Shown one piece after another: positions 1 to 12,029 of a DNA stretch of 64,000 nt (its first letter is position 1; each line of letters begins with the position of its first letter). This stretch comes from Octopus vulgaris (lineage: Eukaryota): NCBI GenBank assembly GCA_951406725.2, contig OX597817.1, forward strand, positions 58,218,001 through 58,282,000. Direction: 5' to 3'. The notes beneath the pieces were generated by a model, which was not told the origin of the DNA, made no database searches, and saw nothing but the letters and a program-made list of their open reading frames with translations. The translations under genes and the position numbers were made by a program.

Positions 1-304
1 GTACGTGTGTGTGTGTATGTGTGTTGCTGTTGTATAATGTATGTGTAAGAGAATTAAAACGTCTTTAACTTTCGCTTTTCACCTTTGGACTTCTCCGTCT
101 TCTCCTTCTTTCTCTCTCTCTCTCTCTCTCTGTCCCTTTCCCCTCTCTTTCTCGTACTTTCTCTCCTTCTCTGTCTACATAACATCTATCTGTCTACATC
201 CATATGTTTATCCTTCTATCCCTCAACAAGCTGTTCTTCCTTCATACAGTTTCTCTCTTCTCTCATTGTTCCAAACTGACACCCTTTGTCTTTCTCTGTC
301 CTTT

Positions 305-354
<50 letters not shown>

Positions 355-572
355 TTTCTCCAATCGCACACATTAGGCAGATGCGCATACGCATATGTTT
401 ACGCGCATACACACACACACACACACAGGCGTACACTCGCAAGTACACCATACATACCCAAACACTTCAGGTTTATTTTAACTCTGTCACTCTCACGCTG
501 TCTCTCTTTCTCCAATCATATACATACCACACACACACGCACGCATGCACCATACACATCAACCTCTACTAA

Positions 573-604
<32 letters not shown>

Positions 605-776
605 CTCACTGTCTCCATCCATCTACCCGTACGCCCACCCATCCAGCCATCCGACTGAAATATTCTCCACCCCTTTCCCATCCACCTCCCTCCCTTCACT
701 CCATTAACTGTCAACCAGTAAATTACCTTGATCAACACCCCCTCCCTTGATCTCCCCTTCCTCTTACCTCTCCCCT

Positions 777-839
<63 letters not shown>

Positions 840-964
840 TTTATATGTGAATCCTACCAAATTTTTAACACGGTTGTTGCCGGATCGAAATACATTCGCA
901 CGCACACATACACACACAAGAACGCGCGCACAGACACCACGACACACACACACGAACACACACG

Positions 965-1001
<37 letters not shown>

Positions 1002-1005
<4 letters not shown>

Positions 1006-1250
1006 GCGCGCACCCACACAGATCCCGTATATGCAGTCACAATTACACACGCACACAGGTCCTGTATACGTCCAGTCACAAGCCCAATACACACACATAG
1101 ACACACTGGCACACACACACATGCGCGCACATACACACACATATGCGCGCACCCACACAGATCCTGTATACGCAGTCACAATTACACACGCACACAGATC
1201 CTATATACACCCAGTCACAAGTCCAATACACACACATAGACACACTGGCA
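1002..1250. repeat. Direct duplication of a ~110-bp unit (period ~139 bp) within CA-rich DNA
   Basis: ATATGCGCGCACCCACACAGATCC..CAGTCACAATTACACACGCACACAG..CACACTGGCA at 1002 and 1141. Confidence 0.8.
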
Positions 1251-1989
1251 GACACGCACGCACACACATACTAGCATGTATACATTCTTGTAGTATGCAC
1301 AACACGCATATATTATACACACAAACGCTTTGATACGCATACACACAGCAATAGTTATCAAAATAATCTTAAATAAACACTTAAACACACATGTTGATAG
1401 ACAAAAGTGAAAGTGAAAGTAGATGTGTGTGTATGATTGTGAGATTGTGTATGTGTTTGTGAGATTGTGTGTGTATGCGAGCGGAAATGAATGAGTGTCT
1501 GAGAGAGAAAGAGAGAAAAGGACACTGTGTATATGTGTGTGTGTGTGTGTGTATATATACATAAGGGTATATAAGTATGTGCGCGTGTAGGTATGTTAGT
1601 ATGTACACATATAATTATTATATAATTGTCTTGGTGTGTATGTGTAATTGTAGTATCAGAACTTGCAAAACATTACGGCGCAATCGTACATACAGACACG
1701 CGCGCGCGCGCAGTCGCACACATGCGCGCGCGCGCGCGGGTGTGTATCTATAAGTTTGTGCGTGCGTGCGTGCGTGTGAATATATCTGTTTCTGTGTGTT
1801 TCTGTGCATAGATTCTGGGGCTTACAGATACGCCTCTATGTGTGCGAGTCTAGTTTATGTGTGTGTGTGTGTATGCATGTGTGTAGAAGCGCGTGTATGT
1901 GTAGCCAAGTGATACGAAGTGTATGTGTGATATCCGCGCGCTTTTTTCAGAAGTGCATATGTTCGTTCCTCTTTCTGTATAGAGACTGT

Positions 1990-2423
1990 GCGTTTGTATC
2001 CATGCGCATGTATGTATGTATGTATGTACGTATGTATGTATGTATGTATGTATGTATGTATGTGTGTGCGTGTATGTATGTATGTATGTATGTATGTATG
2101 TATGTATGTATGTATGTGTGTGTGTGTGTGTATGTGTGTATGTATGTATGTATGTGTGTGTGTATGTGTGTATAATGTATGTATATATGTATGTATGAAT
2201 GTATGTATGTATGTATGTGTGTGTATGTATGTATGTGTGTGTGTATGTATGCATGTATGTATGTGCGTAAGTACGTATAAATGGAGATATATTGTGTGCG
2301 CATGTGTACTTGAATGATTTATATGCATGTGTATGTGTGTGTATTTTATATATGTATAGAAGGATGTAGGTATGTATAGAAATGTAAGTATTGCGTGTGT
2401 GTGTATATATATGTATATATATG

Positions 2424-2495
<72 letters not shown>

Positions 2496-2509
2496 TGTGT
2501 GTGTGTATT

Positions 2510-2541
<32 letters not shown>

Positions 2542-2614
2542 TGCATACATACATACACACATGAATATAAGGCGAACGTTAAACAATGATGATGATGACG
2601 ACATGATGTAGGTA

Positions 2615-2650
<36 letters not shown>

Positions 2651-3612
2651 TGTATGTATGTATGTATGTATGCATGCATGCGTGTACGTGTGAAATGTTA
2701 TTTAGCTCTAAGCTAGTCTAATCCAGCAGACCTATGTGCAAAGGCACTCCAAACATGACTATCTCTTGTAAGAACATCGAGGGTTACATTATTCAATGCA
2801 CCATTCCTTATTTTATGAGGGTATGGCTTGATTTTATTGTGTGTAAGGGGAGACTTGGCTGTTATTTCTAGTATATTGGGTGACCACATAGACTTCCCCT
2901 TGTGATGTGTGGCATGTTATATGCCTGATATGTTGTATAAGCTTCTGTGTAGTACGATGTGTGTGTATAATATGTTGCTGTGTAGTCCCAGGTCATTGTT
3001 CACACCTGTCAGAAGGCGTTCCAGCTGTGGCTGTCCCGTTTATTTTGTCTGTGGTTACATTGTCCTGTATATCCTACGCATCTATCTTTACTTAATGATG
3101 ACAGCCTGTTTTGTGGGAAATTTGACTACTATTTCTAGCACTTTGAATGACTACGTACAGGTTTTCTCTATCTTTCACTGTGTGATATGTGTGTGTGTGA
3201 GAGAGAGAGGGAGAGAGAAATTGTGTGAGCGCGTATGATATTATATGTGATATGTTCGTGTGATACATGTGCGTATTATATAAGTGAGAAAGAGGCTATT
3301 TCCTATTATAATAATTATACATACATACATACATACATATACATACATACATACATACATACATACACATATGGATAGATATATACATATATGCGCACTC
3401 ACATATGTGTATGTGTGCGCATGCAGTGTGTATATTAAATGTGTGTGTGTGTGTGTGCATGTGTGTGTATTTGTATGTGTACACACGCCTTCATATGCAT
3501 ATCACACGATACGCTTACAATGCCATTACACTCTCCAGTATACCTATGTGATACGATATAGAAATGAGGATAACTACGTGTATATGCAGATATACACATA
3601 GATTACTAAGTG

Positions 3613-3682
<70 letters not shown>

Positions 3683-3700
3683 TATATGTATGTATGTATG

Positions 3701-3737
<37 letters not shown>

Positions 3738-3761
3738 ATATATATATTTTATGTATGTATG

Positions 3762-3806
<45 letters not shown>

Positions 3807-3850
3807 TGTATGTATATATATATATTTATGTATGTATATATGTATGTATG

Positions 3851-3891
<41 letters not shown>

Positions 3892-3894
3892 ATA

Positions 3895-3990
<96 letters not shown>

Positions 3991-4005
3991 TACATATATA
4001 TATAT
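1990..4005. repeat. Compound (TATG)n/(TA)n/(TG)n microsatellite fields (representative of dozens in the window)
   Basis: Directly visible. Similar fields at 28.9-29.4, 37.6-38.0, 52.7-53.1 and 58.5-59.0 kb; (TAA)n at 18.1 and 35.0 kb; (CAT)n at 56.0-56.4 kb; (GATA)n at 31.3 kb. Confidence 0.95.
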
Positions 4006-4440
4006 TACTACAAGGACGGCGACGGCTCTTTGTGACTTTTGGCGGGGTCCATATAAGATTTTGTTTTTAAAGTTTACGTACAATAAATTGTTTTATACTT
4101 CCACACGAGATATTTTAACAATTTTTCTTTTTTTTTTATTAATATACAATTCCTAACAATATTTAACTATAAAAATAGAATAAAATTTTTTAAACATGGA
4201 ATGGAATCAAACGGGTCCATAGATGAGAAATAAAAAATAAAAAATGGTTGAGAACAACTGCTGCAGTGTATATATATATATCTACTACAGCTAACTGCAT
4301 GTAGAGTTTACAATGTGATATTTACTGAAATGTATCGCTATTATAGTATATAAAGATATAGTGTATCTATGTTACATTGCTCTATATAGTGCTTACTGCA
4401 TGATATTTACAGTAGTGTATATCAAATATAGTATGTATAA

Positions 4441-4487
<47 letters not shown>

Positions 4488-4540
4488 AGATCGGTAGCCA
4501 CTACACGCATTTTTTTCTCTCCTTGTTTTTTTTCTGTGTC

Positions 4541-4578
4541 CCTTTCTGTAGAAGAGCGTAGGCTCGAAACGTAAAAGA
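4541..4578 (+). ncRNA. Minimal type I hammerhead-ribozyme-like motif, family H1 (variant core CUGUAGA)
   Basis: CCTTT-CTGTAGA-A-GAGC(GTAG)GCTC-GAAAC-GTA-AAAG. Helix I is CTTT/AAAG, helix II is GAGC/GCTC, helix III is the loopless palindrome AC/GT, and the triplet is GUA. It lies in a ~185-bp element (4484-4668) inside (TA)n. Confidence 0.6.
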
Positions 4579-5354
4579 CTTTTTCAATTTCCTGAGCGTT
4601 ATACTTATACATCTGTTTGTTTTATACACCACCTGTCTTCCTCTTTTATTTTTTTCGTGAACACTCCCTATATATATATATATATATATATATAATGTAT
4701 ATATGTGATGTATTTTGTGTGCATAGGTAACCCGGCCCTGTGTAGTGTTTTCTGCAAACTGACATTACTGTAGCGTGTATATGATACAGTTCTAAGTAGA
4801 GTTTACTACAAGACGATATTACAGTATTGTGTCTACGCTTTACTATGAGATATGATATGATATTATCACAGCACGCTGTTGTAAACACATATCCTAAAAA
4901 TATCGCACATCGATCCCCTCAGATAACCCCACCACCATTACCACCACCACCACCACCATCATCTTATTCGCGCACGTACACACGAACCTCTTGCTGTCGA
5001 CATCACCACCACCAGCACCACCATTCATCATCGTCATCATCATCATCATCATAACTGCTGCTACACAGTTCTTCCATACCCACCCGTCTCCCTACTTCGT
5101 TCTCCCGCGCGGAACTGCTCAGACATTCTGGTGATGGCGGCAGCGGCGGCGGTGGTGTTGGTGGTGTTAGTGTTGGTGCTGGTGGCGGGTAGTAACGATG
5201 GTGGTGGTGGCGTGTTGTTACATTTTTGTCAATGGAAGAAACACTACGATGAGGTTTGTTGTATCTTGGTTTCTGGATGGATTCCTACAGTTAGCAATAC
5301 AGACGTATAGTCACCATTAGTTGCAGTAGCAGCAGCAGCAGCAGCAGTAGCAGC

Positions 5355-5402
<48 letters not shown>

Positions 5403-6041
5403 CGCAGCAGCAGCAGCATCGATGTCATCATCATCGTCATCATCATCATCATCGACAGCAACATCTAAACTGTTGACATCTTCCCCATCGTCGCCAACAT
5501 CGTCCATGTTGTCATCGTCATCATCATCGTCGTCGTCGTCGTCATCGCAATCATCGTCATCGTCACTAAGGGACTGTTACCGTTGTCAACGTAGTCATCG
5601 TCATTCATCATCATCATCATCATGAGATCGACAGTCATTATAATCACTGCTATTACTACAACCACAAACCAGCCACCACCACCACCACCATTGACACCAT
5701 CACCCTCCCCCAACCAGTTCCGCTGTCTCCAACACCAGAGAAACCATCGCATACACCATAAACACACGAAATACACAGAAAAGACAGAAATAGACAGGAT
5801 TGCTGGCAACTGCTGTACAACAACACAGAAGAAGGCGAAATGATGCACAATCACATTTGACCAGCAACAACAACACCATAATAAACAATACATGGAATCT
5901 GTCTTGTTGTATGGTCTTAAGTGCTGGGCGGGATCACTCGGTAGCTGCCTGGAGTGGGGAGCGTCATGGATTGAGGGCTAAATAGCTAATGAACTGCTTT
6001 GCTATCAAATAATAATAATAGTAATAATAATAATAATAATG

Positions 6042-6091
<50 letters not shown>

Positions 6092-6092
<1 letters not shown>

Positions 6093-6325
6093 TATTTCTT
6101 TATTGCCCACAGGGGGCTAAACATAGAAGGGACAAACAAGGACAGACAAAGGGATTAAGTCGATTACATCGATCCCAGTGCGAAACTGGTACTTTATTTA
6201 TCGACCCCGAAAGGATGAAAGGCAAAGTCGACCTAGGTGGAATTTGAACTCAGAACGTAACGACAGACGAAATACCGCTAAGCATTTTGCCCGGCATGCC
6301 AACGTGTCTGCCAGCTCACCGCCTT
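6092..6325 (-). mobile_element. tRNA-derived SINE family A (representative)
   Basis: GGCGGTGAGCTGGCAGA...GAGTTCAAATTCC (B box)...GCCTTTCATCCTTTCGGGGTCGATAAA. Other copies at ~6595-6797, 6845-6985, 9860-10100, 14020-14215, 17045-17270, 20345-20560, 20635-20870, 24080-24287, 24658-25075, 56880-57100. Confidence 0.85.
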
Positions 6326-7805
6326 AATAATAATAATAATGATGATGATTTCATTTATTTGCTGCCAGGGCGAAGGAAGAGGTGGGGGTCAATATAAAGA
6401 CAAATATAGTGTTGGGGGTTTACATATAATTAAATGATAAAATAATTAAATAGCAAAAGAAAGATATGTATACAATGGAAAAGAAAGGACATACATAATA
6501 TATAAAGGTTTAAAAAAAGGGTGTATGTGAGGGTGGGAGTGATGATGATGATGATGATGATAATAATCATCATCATCATCATCATCATCATCTTTTCTAC
6601 TCTAGGCATGAGGATGAAATTTTTAGGGGAGGTGGCCAGTCGATTAGATCGAACCCAGTATGCAAGTGGTACTTTAATTTATCGACCCCGAAAGAATGAA
6701 AGACAAAGTCAACCTCAGCTGAATTTGAACTCAGAATGTAATGGCAGAAGAAATACCGCTAAGCATTTCGCCTGGCAGCTCTGCCAGCTCACTGCCATAA
6801 TAATAAAAATAATAATCAATAATAATAATAATAATGATAATAATCCATTCTATTAAAGGCACAAGGCCTGAAATTTGGAGGAGGGGGAAAGTTGATCACA
6901 TTGACCCAGTATGCAACTGGTACTTAATTTACGAAATCTGAAAAGTTGAGAAATGAAGTTGACTTTGGTGGTATTTGAACTCAGAGCTCAAGGGTCTCTA
7001 ATAACACAAATAATACCACTCTTACCTGAGTCTTCAACATCTTCACAATAAGTCATACACACGTGTTATGTTACTATCTTAAGTCCTGAGACTCCTAGGG
7101 CCAAATTCCTGGTTTCCATGGCGTTTAAGTAATTGAGATCACAGCATCAGTGAAGGTGCATGGGTTAGTGGTTAGGGTTGTTGGTTCACAATCAGACAAT
7201 CATGAGTTCAATTCCCAGTGGCACTTTGTGTCTTTGAGCAAGTACTTTATTCCACGTTACTCCGTTTCACTCGGCTGTCAAAGATGAGTTGTATACTCTT
7301 TACTCTTTTACTCTTTTACTTGTTTCAGTCATTTGACTGGGCCACGCTGGATCACCGCCTTTAGTCAAGCCAATCAACCCCAGGACTTATTCTTTGTAAG
7401 CCTAGTACTTATTCTATTGGTCTCTTTTGCCGAACTGCTAAGTTACGGGGATGTAAACACACCAGCATCGGTTGTCAAGTGATGTTGGGGGGACAAACAC
7501 CGACACACAAACATACACACACACATACATATATATGTATATGACAGGCTTCTTTCAGTTTCCGTTTACCAAATCCACTCACAAGGCTTTGGTCAGCCCG
7601 AGGCTATAGTAGAAGACACTTGCCCAAGGTGCCACGCAGTGGGACTGGACCTAAAAACATGTGGTTGGTAAGCAAGCTACTTACCACACAGTCACTCCCA
7701 CACCTATGATTCTAAATTGAACAAAAATCCTCCAAAACAAATGACAGACAGACAAGGGCACACCAAACTAGATCTATTATTTTGGTGCCCAGGCAAAATG
7801 ATAGA

Positions 7806-7844
7806 GTCTTTGGCATTTCAAGCCGACACTCTTCTACAGAAAGG
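7806..7844 (-). ncRNA. Decayed hammerhead-like motif, family H1
   Basis: Reverse complement is CCTTT-CTGTAGA-A-GAGT(GTCG)GCTT-GAAAT-GCC-AAAGAC. Same family as 4541; several differences are CpG->TpG changes. Confidence 0.5.
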
Positions 7845-8019
7845 AACGAGGAGAGGAAATGGATGGAGAGAGGAAAATAACATTGAGAGAGAAAGAAACA
7901 TGTGTCTGGATTAACAGACACACATGTTGAATTCAGTTGTACCTGTATTTCAAAGAGCTAACCATGTCGTATTTGGTGTCATGCTGATCTCTCCAAGAAC
8001 TATGTTTAAGGTACACATA

Positions 8020-8181
8020 GGTGCAGGAGTGGCTTTGTGGTAAGAAGCTTGTTTCCTAACCACATGGTTCTGGGTTCAGTCCCACTGCATGGCACCTTGG
8101 GCAAGTGTCTTCTACTATAACCTTGAGCAGACCAAACCCTTGTGAGGGGATTTGGTAGACAGAAACTGAAAGAAGCCCATC

Positions 8182-8217
<36 letters not shown>

Positions 8218-8580
8218 GGTACTGTAAATTTAGGTTGAATACTTGATAAGTGTAAGCACCTGTATATGCCAGATAGTGGCAGAGGTGAGAGGGAATATTA
8301 TTTGATATATATATATATATATATATGCATATGTATGTATATATGTTTGTATATATGTATGTATGTATTTATGTGTCTGTGTTTGTCCTCCCACCATTGC
8401 TTGACATCTGATGTTGGTGTGTTTACATCCCTGTAACTTAGTGGTTTGGCAAAAGTGACTGTTCAAATAAGTACTAGGCTTACAAAGAATAAGTCCTGGG
8501 GTCTATTTGTTTGACTAAAGGCAGTGCTCCAGCATGGCCACAGTCAAATGACTGAAACAAGTAAAAGACTAAAAGAAAAG
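8020..8580 (+). mobile_element. tRNA-derived SINE family B (representative)
   Basis: GGTGCAGGAGTGGCTTTGTGGTAAG...GGGTTCAGTCCC...GGATTTGGTAGACAGAAACTGAAAGAAGCC, an internal microsatellite, then ...CCAGCATGGCCACAGTCAAATGACTGAAACAAGTAAAAG. Other copies at ~7295-7705(-), 19365-19530(-), 21370-21530, 23725-23880(-), 26575-26970, 29725-30230, 34505-34660(-), 36015-36415, 49385-49810, 55555-55900(-). Confidence 0.85.
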
Positions 8581-8680
8581 AAATGTCTGTGGAGTACTCG
8601 GCCATTTTCATGTTAATTTCACGAGTAGGCTCTTCTGTTGACCAGATGAACGGCAACACTCACTTTATCTCATTGTACAC

Positions 8681-8949
8681 CAGTTGTTCCCAAACTTTTT
8701 CAGGCTGCCACCCCCTTGACACCAATCCCACATTCCTAGCGCCCCCACCCCTAGCTAACTATCACAAACACAGACATCTTTCTGAAGTAAATTCAAAGCA
8801 AATGTATTTCACAAATAAACCTTAATGAACCCATTATTTTGTTGCTTTTACATGAATCGCTACCCCATCGTCACCCCACTTTTCTTCAACGCCCCCTTGA
8901 ACTTTTCACTATCTCCAGGGGGCAGTAATGCCCAGTTTGGGGACCACTG
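8681..8949. mobile_element. hAT (Charlie-like) MITE
   Basis: TIRs CAGTTGTTCCCAAACT / AGTTTGGGGACCACTG, with an imperfect 8-bp TSD (TTGTACAC / TTCTATAC). Confidence 0.7.
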
Positions 8950-9334
8950 TTCTATACTAATTACACCTACTGCAGTAAAAATACTAAAACTGAGAGATCA
9001 CCTGGACATGTGGATGTCATTTGGTTACCACAGAAGGCTTCAATGGCCTGTCTTCATCCATCCATCTACCCATCTTCCTTGCTCACTTTTCCTGGATGGT
9101 CATAGGGGTTGAGGTGCTCAGAAACTTCATCCATAGGATCCAGTATGTTGCAACTGTCAATACACTTTCCACCTAGATTCTCAAGAATGACCAACTGAGA
9201 CAATGGATATTATCCAACCATTCACGTAAAGGGAGTGGATGAGCCATCAACTGATTGTCCCCTTGTTGTCTGCAATCTTTATCATTTCATGGAAAACAAC
9301 CTCCAAACGTTCAACTAATTAGTTAATTAGTTCT

Positions 9335-9610
9335 CTCTGTGCCATGAGGCACTTAAGGCTGCAACATGATCTCTCCAATCAGTTCTGTTTTCTGCTACAG
9401 TTCTGGTCTCATTCCAGCTTTTCCACCCTCCTCATCTCCTTTCCTTGTCAATGATCCTTCACCATGTGGGCTTAGGGTACCCTGCTGCTCTTTTCTCCTC
9501 AGGCTGTCACTTTAGTGCCACCAGTCACTTGTCTCAGGACATGTCCTGTCCATTTCCAGCATCTGCATCTTCTTTTGCCATTGATCCTATTGATGTCCAC
9601 TGTCTTCCTT
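9335..9610 (-). mobile_element. RTE-type LINE 3' fragment
   Basis: Minus strand resembles RRCRCWKWTGHVLR...ALKxQPEEKRAAGYPKPTW...NRTDWR. Confidence 0.5.
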
Positions 9611-10694
9611 AAGCATATGAACTGAAAGCTGTCCATTGTCCATCAAGTAATACCTGAGTATTTCTTCAACATTATTTAAACAATAACTTCCATTCCTTGG
9701 TTCTGAATACTGTGCTATGATGTGCACCAACTAAAGGGCTGGCACTACATGCTGCAGTATAACCCAGTCAATTTCCTTGGGTAGCAGTTCCCAACCACTT
9801 TGGCACCAAGGCCCCAGGGATCACACACATTACAAAATGGAAAAGCATTGCCTAATGTTCCTTTCTATTATAGGCACAAGGCCTGAAATTTTGGGGGAGG
9901 GGGTCTGTCAGTTAAATTGGTGGAGGGGGGTCCATCAATTAAATTGACCCCAGTGATTGACTCATACTTATCTTAGTGACCCCAAAATGATGAAAGGCAA
10001 AGTCAACCTCAGCAGCATTTGAACTTAGGACATAAAGACAGACGAAATGACTCTGACAGTTTTGTCTGGCGTGCTAATGGTTCTGCTGGTTTGCTACCTC
10101 AACATTGCATAATATGATTTAATTATTGCATATTTATATAAGTAATAATTAAATTATATTATGCAATGTTGAGGTAGCAAACCATGTATGTATAATGCAA
10201 AAACATCCTGCAGATTGAAATAGAAGCGGAATTCTAAGATTCATTCTTTCTGTACAGTTTGGTACCATTGGATCCATGGCCTGGTACTGGTCCACAACCT
10301 GATACTGGTTGTTGAGGACCCCTGCCCTCATCATCATCATCATCACCATCATCATTATATGTTTGGCTTTTGCTTTGTATTTGTACAAGTTGACTCCAAG
10401 TGTCACCCAGAGACCTCAAGCAACAAGTTAGAAGTTCAAGTTGGTGTTATGACTAAAGTGCCATATATTTGGTTTTGCACCAAGTATCATTCCAGAGGAC
10501 GTCTGTCAAAACAGAAATAAACTAGAAGTTTGTTTAAAAGTAATTTGATTATAAGATGATAGTCTGATGTTAAGATGACAAGAAAAGTGTTTGTTGTTAT
10601 GTTCATTTAAAAGTATTTTGACACTGTTTACGGGTTAAAATGTTTTGGGGATTACATAGACAATATTTTATGTAGGATGTGTGTAATTCTCATG

Positions 10695-10885
10695 AGCGCT
10701 ATTTTTTGAATTTCTTCCATTTTTTAGACAGGTAGCATTTAGCCCCTTTTGCTATCATTCCTAGGGCACCTATGACCATCTTGAGGTTCCGCATTTTGCC
10801 AATTTCTATTTCAAGATCTTTATACTTGCTCAGTTTTTGGTAGGTCTTGAAAGATACATTTATGTTGATTGGGATAGCCATATCA
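10695..10885 (-). mobile_element. R4/Dong-like RLE C-terminal fragment
   Basis: LIDMAIP...KLSKYKDLEIEIGKM...VIGALGMI, homologous to the 11.2-11.4 kb region. Confidence 0.7.
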
Positions 10886-10939
10886 ATGAGGGGGCATGAT
10901 GATGATGATGATGATGATGATGATAATAATAATAATAAC

Positions 10940-11610
10940 AAGTAACTGCAGAATATGTGGAGATGGACAAGAAACAATAAATCATATTATCTCTGGCTGC
11001 CCAGTCCTGGCTAAGAAGGAATATATTCACAGACACGACAGAGTTGGAACCTACATACACTGGAAGCTATGCCAACATTATGGAATAACAACAGAAAAAA
11101 GATGGTATAAGCACACACCAGAAAAAATTTCAGAAAACGAGAAAGCAACCATACTCTTGTATTTGCCAATACACACAGATAGAGAAATTAAGGCCAATAG
11201 GCCAGATATAGTTGTTAGGGATCATGAAGAAAAAAAATGCTTTCTAATTGATGTATAATTACCAGCAGATGACAACGTGTCTCTAAAAGAAATAGAGAAA
11301 CTTTCAAAATGCAAAGACCTGGAAATAGAGGTAACTTGAATGTGGAATCTAAAAACAGAAACAATCCCTATCATAGTAGGCGCATTAGGTATGATAAAAA
11401 AATACTCAGACAAATACATAACAAAAACACCAGGACTTACAAACACATATAACATACAGAAAATTGCACTACTGGGCACTGCACACATCCTACGCAAAAC
11501 ACTTTCAATACAGTAACCATCAGAGCACCACAACAAATCACAACACATACCCAAGGCACACAGAGCTGCACTCGGTAGTGAAGTGAAAGCACGCTATAAA
11601 AATAAAACTA

Positions 11611-11615
<5 letters not shown>
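10940..11615 (+). mobile_element. 3' fragment of R4/Dong-like non-LTR retrotransposon (CCHC + restriction-like endonuclease)
   Basis: CRICGDGQETINHIISGC (CCHC), RHD, and RPDIVVRDHEEKKCFLIDV (PD..D RLE motif). Flanked by (TAA)n on both sides. Confidence 0.85.
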
Positions 11616-11678
<63 letters not shown>

Positions 11679-11689
11679 TTGTTGTTATT

Positions 11690-11990
11690 ATCATTATAAG
11701 AAAACTCACAGCTTCTTTTGCTGGGTATGAGAGAAAGCGCCAGCTATCCACAGCCAGCAGACTAAGGTGACACTTGTTTACTGGTCATGCTTCAAGAACC
11801 CTGTAGAGAATTCTTGCAGTTCCAAAGCAATGCTGATTTTTGTAGGTGTTCTACCTTCACACTTGCACCAATCTTTTCCAGCCATGCTGGTAGCTGAGTG
11901 CTGATACTTCCAAGTGCACCAACTACTATTGGTATCATGTCTACTCTCTTCGTTGACCACAACCTTCGTACCTCCCACTTCAAATTGTCA
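11690..11990 (-). mobile_element. R4/Dong-like 3' end fragment
   Basis: EVRRLWSTKRVDMIPIVVGALGS...LQKSALL, ending next to (TAA)n. Confidence 0.65.
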
Positions 11991-12029
11991 TAGTTGTTTA
12001 TTTTTTTTTATGCACAACAGATTAAAATG

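Noticed and set aside
41-4156. Many ORFs of YI/HT/CV/LS dipeptide repeats (also throughout the window)
   Set aside because: They are translations of (TA)n, (CA)n, (CT)n and (TATG)n microsatellites, with no coding signal.
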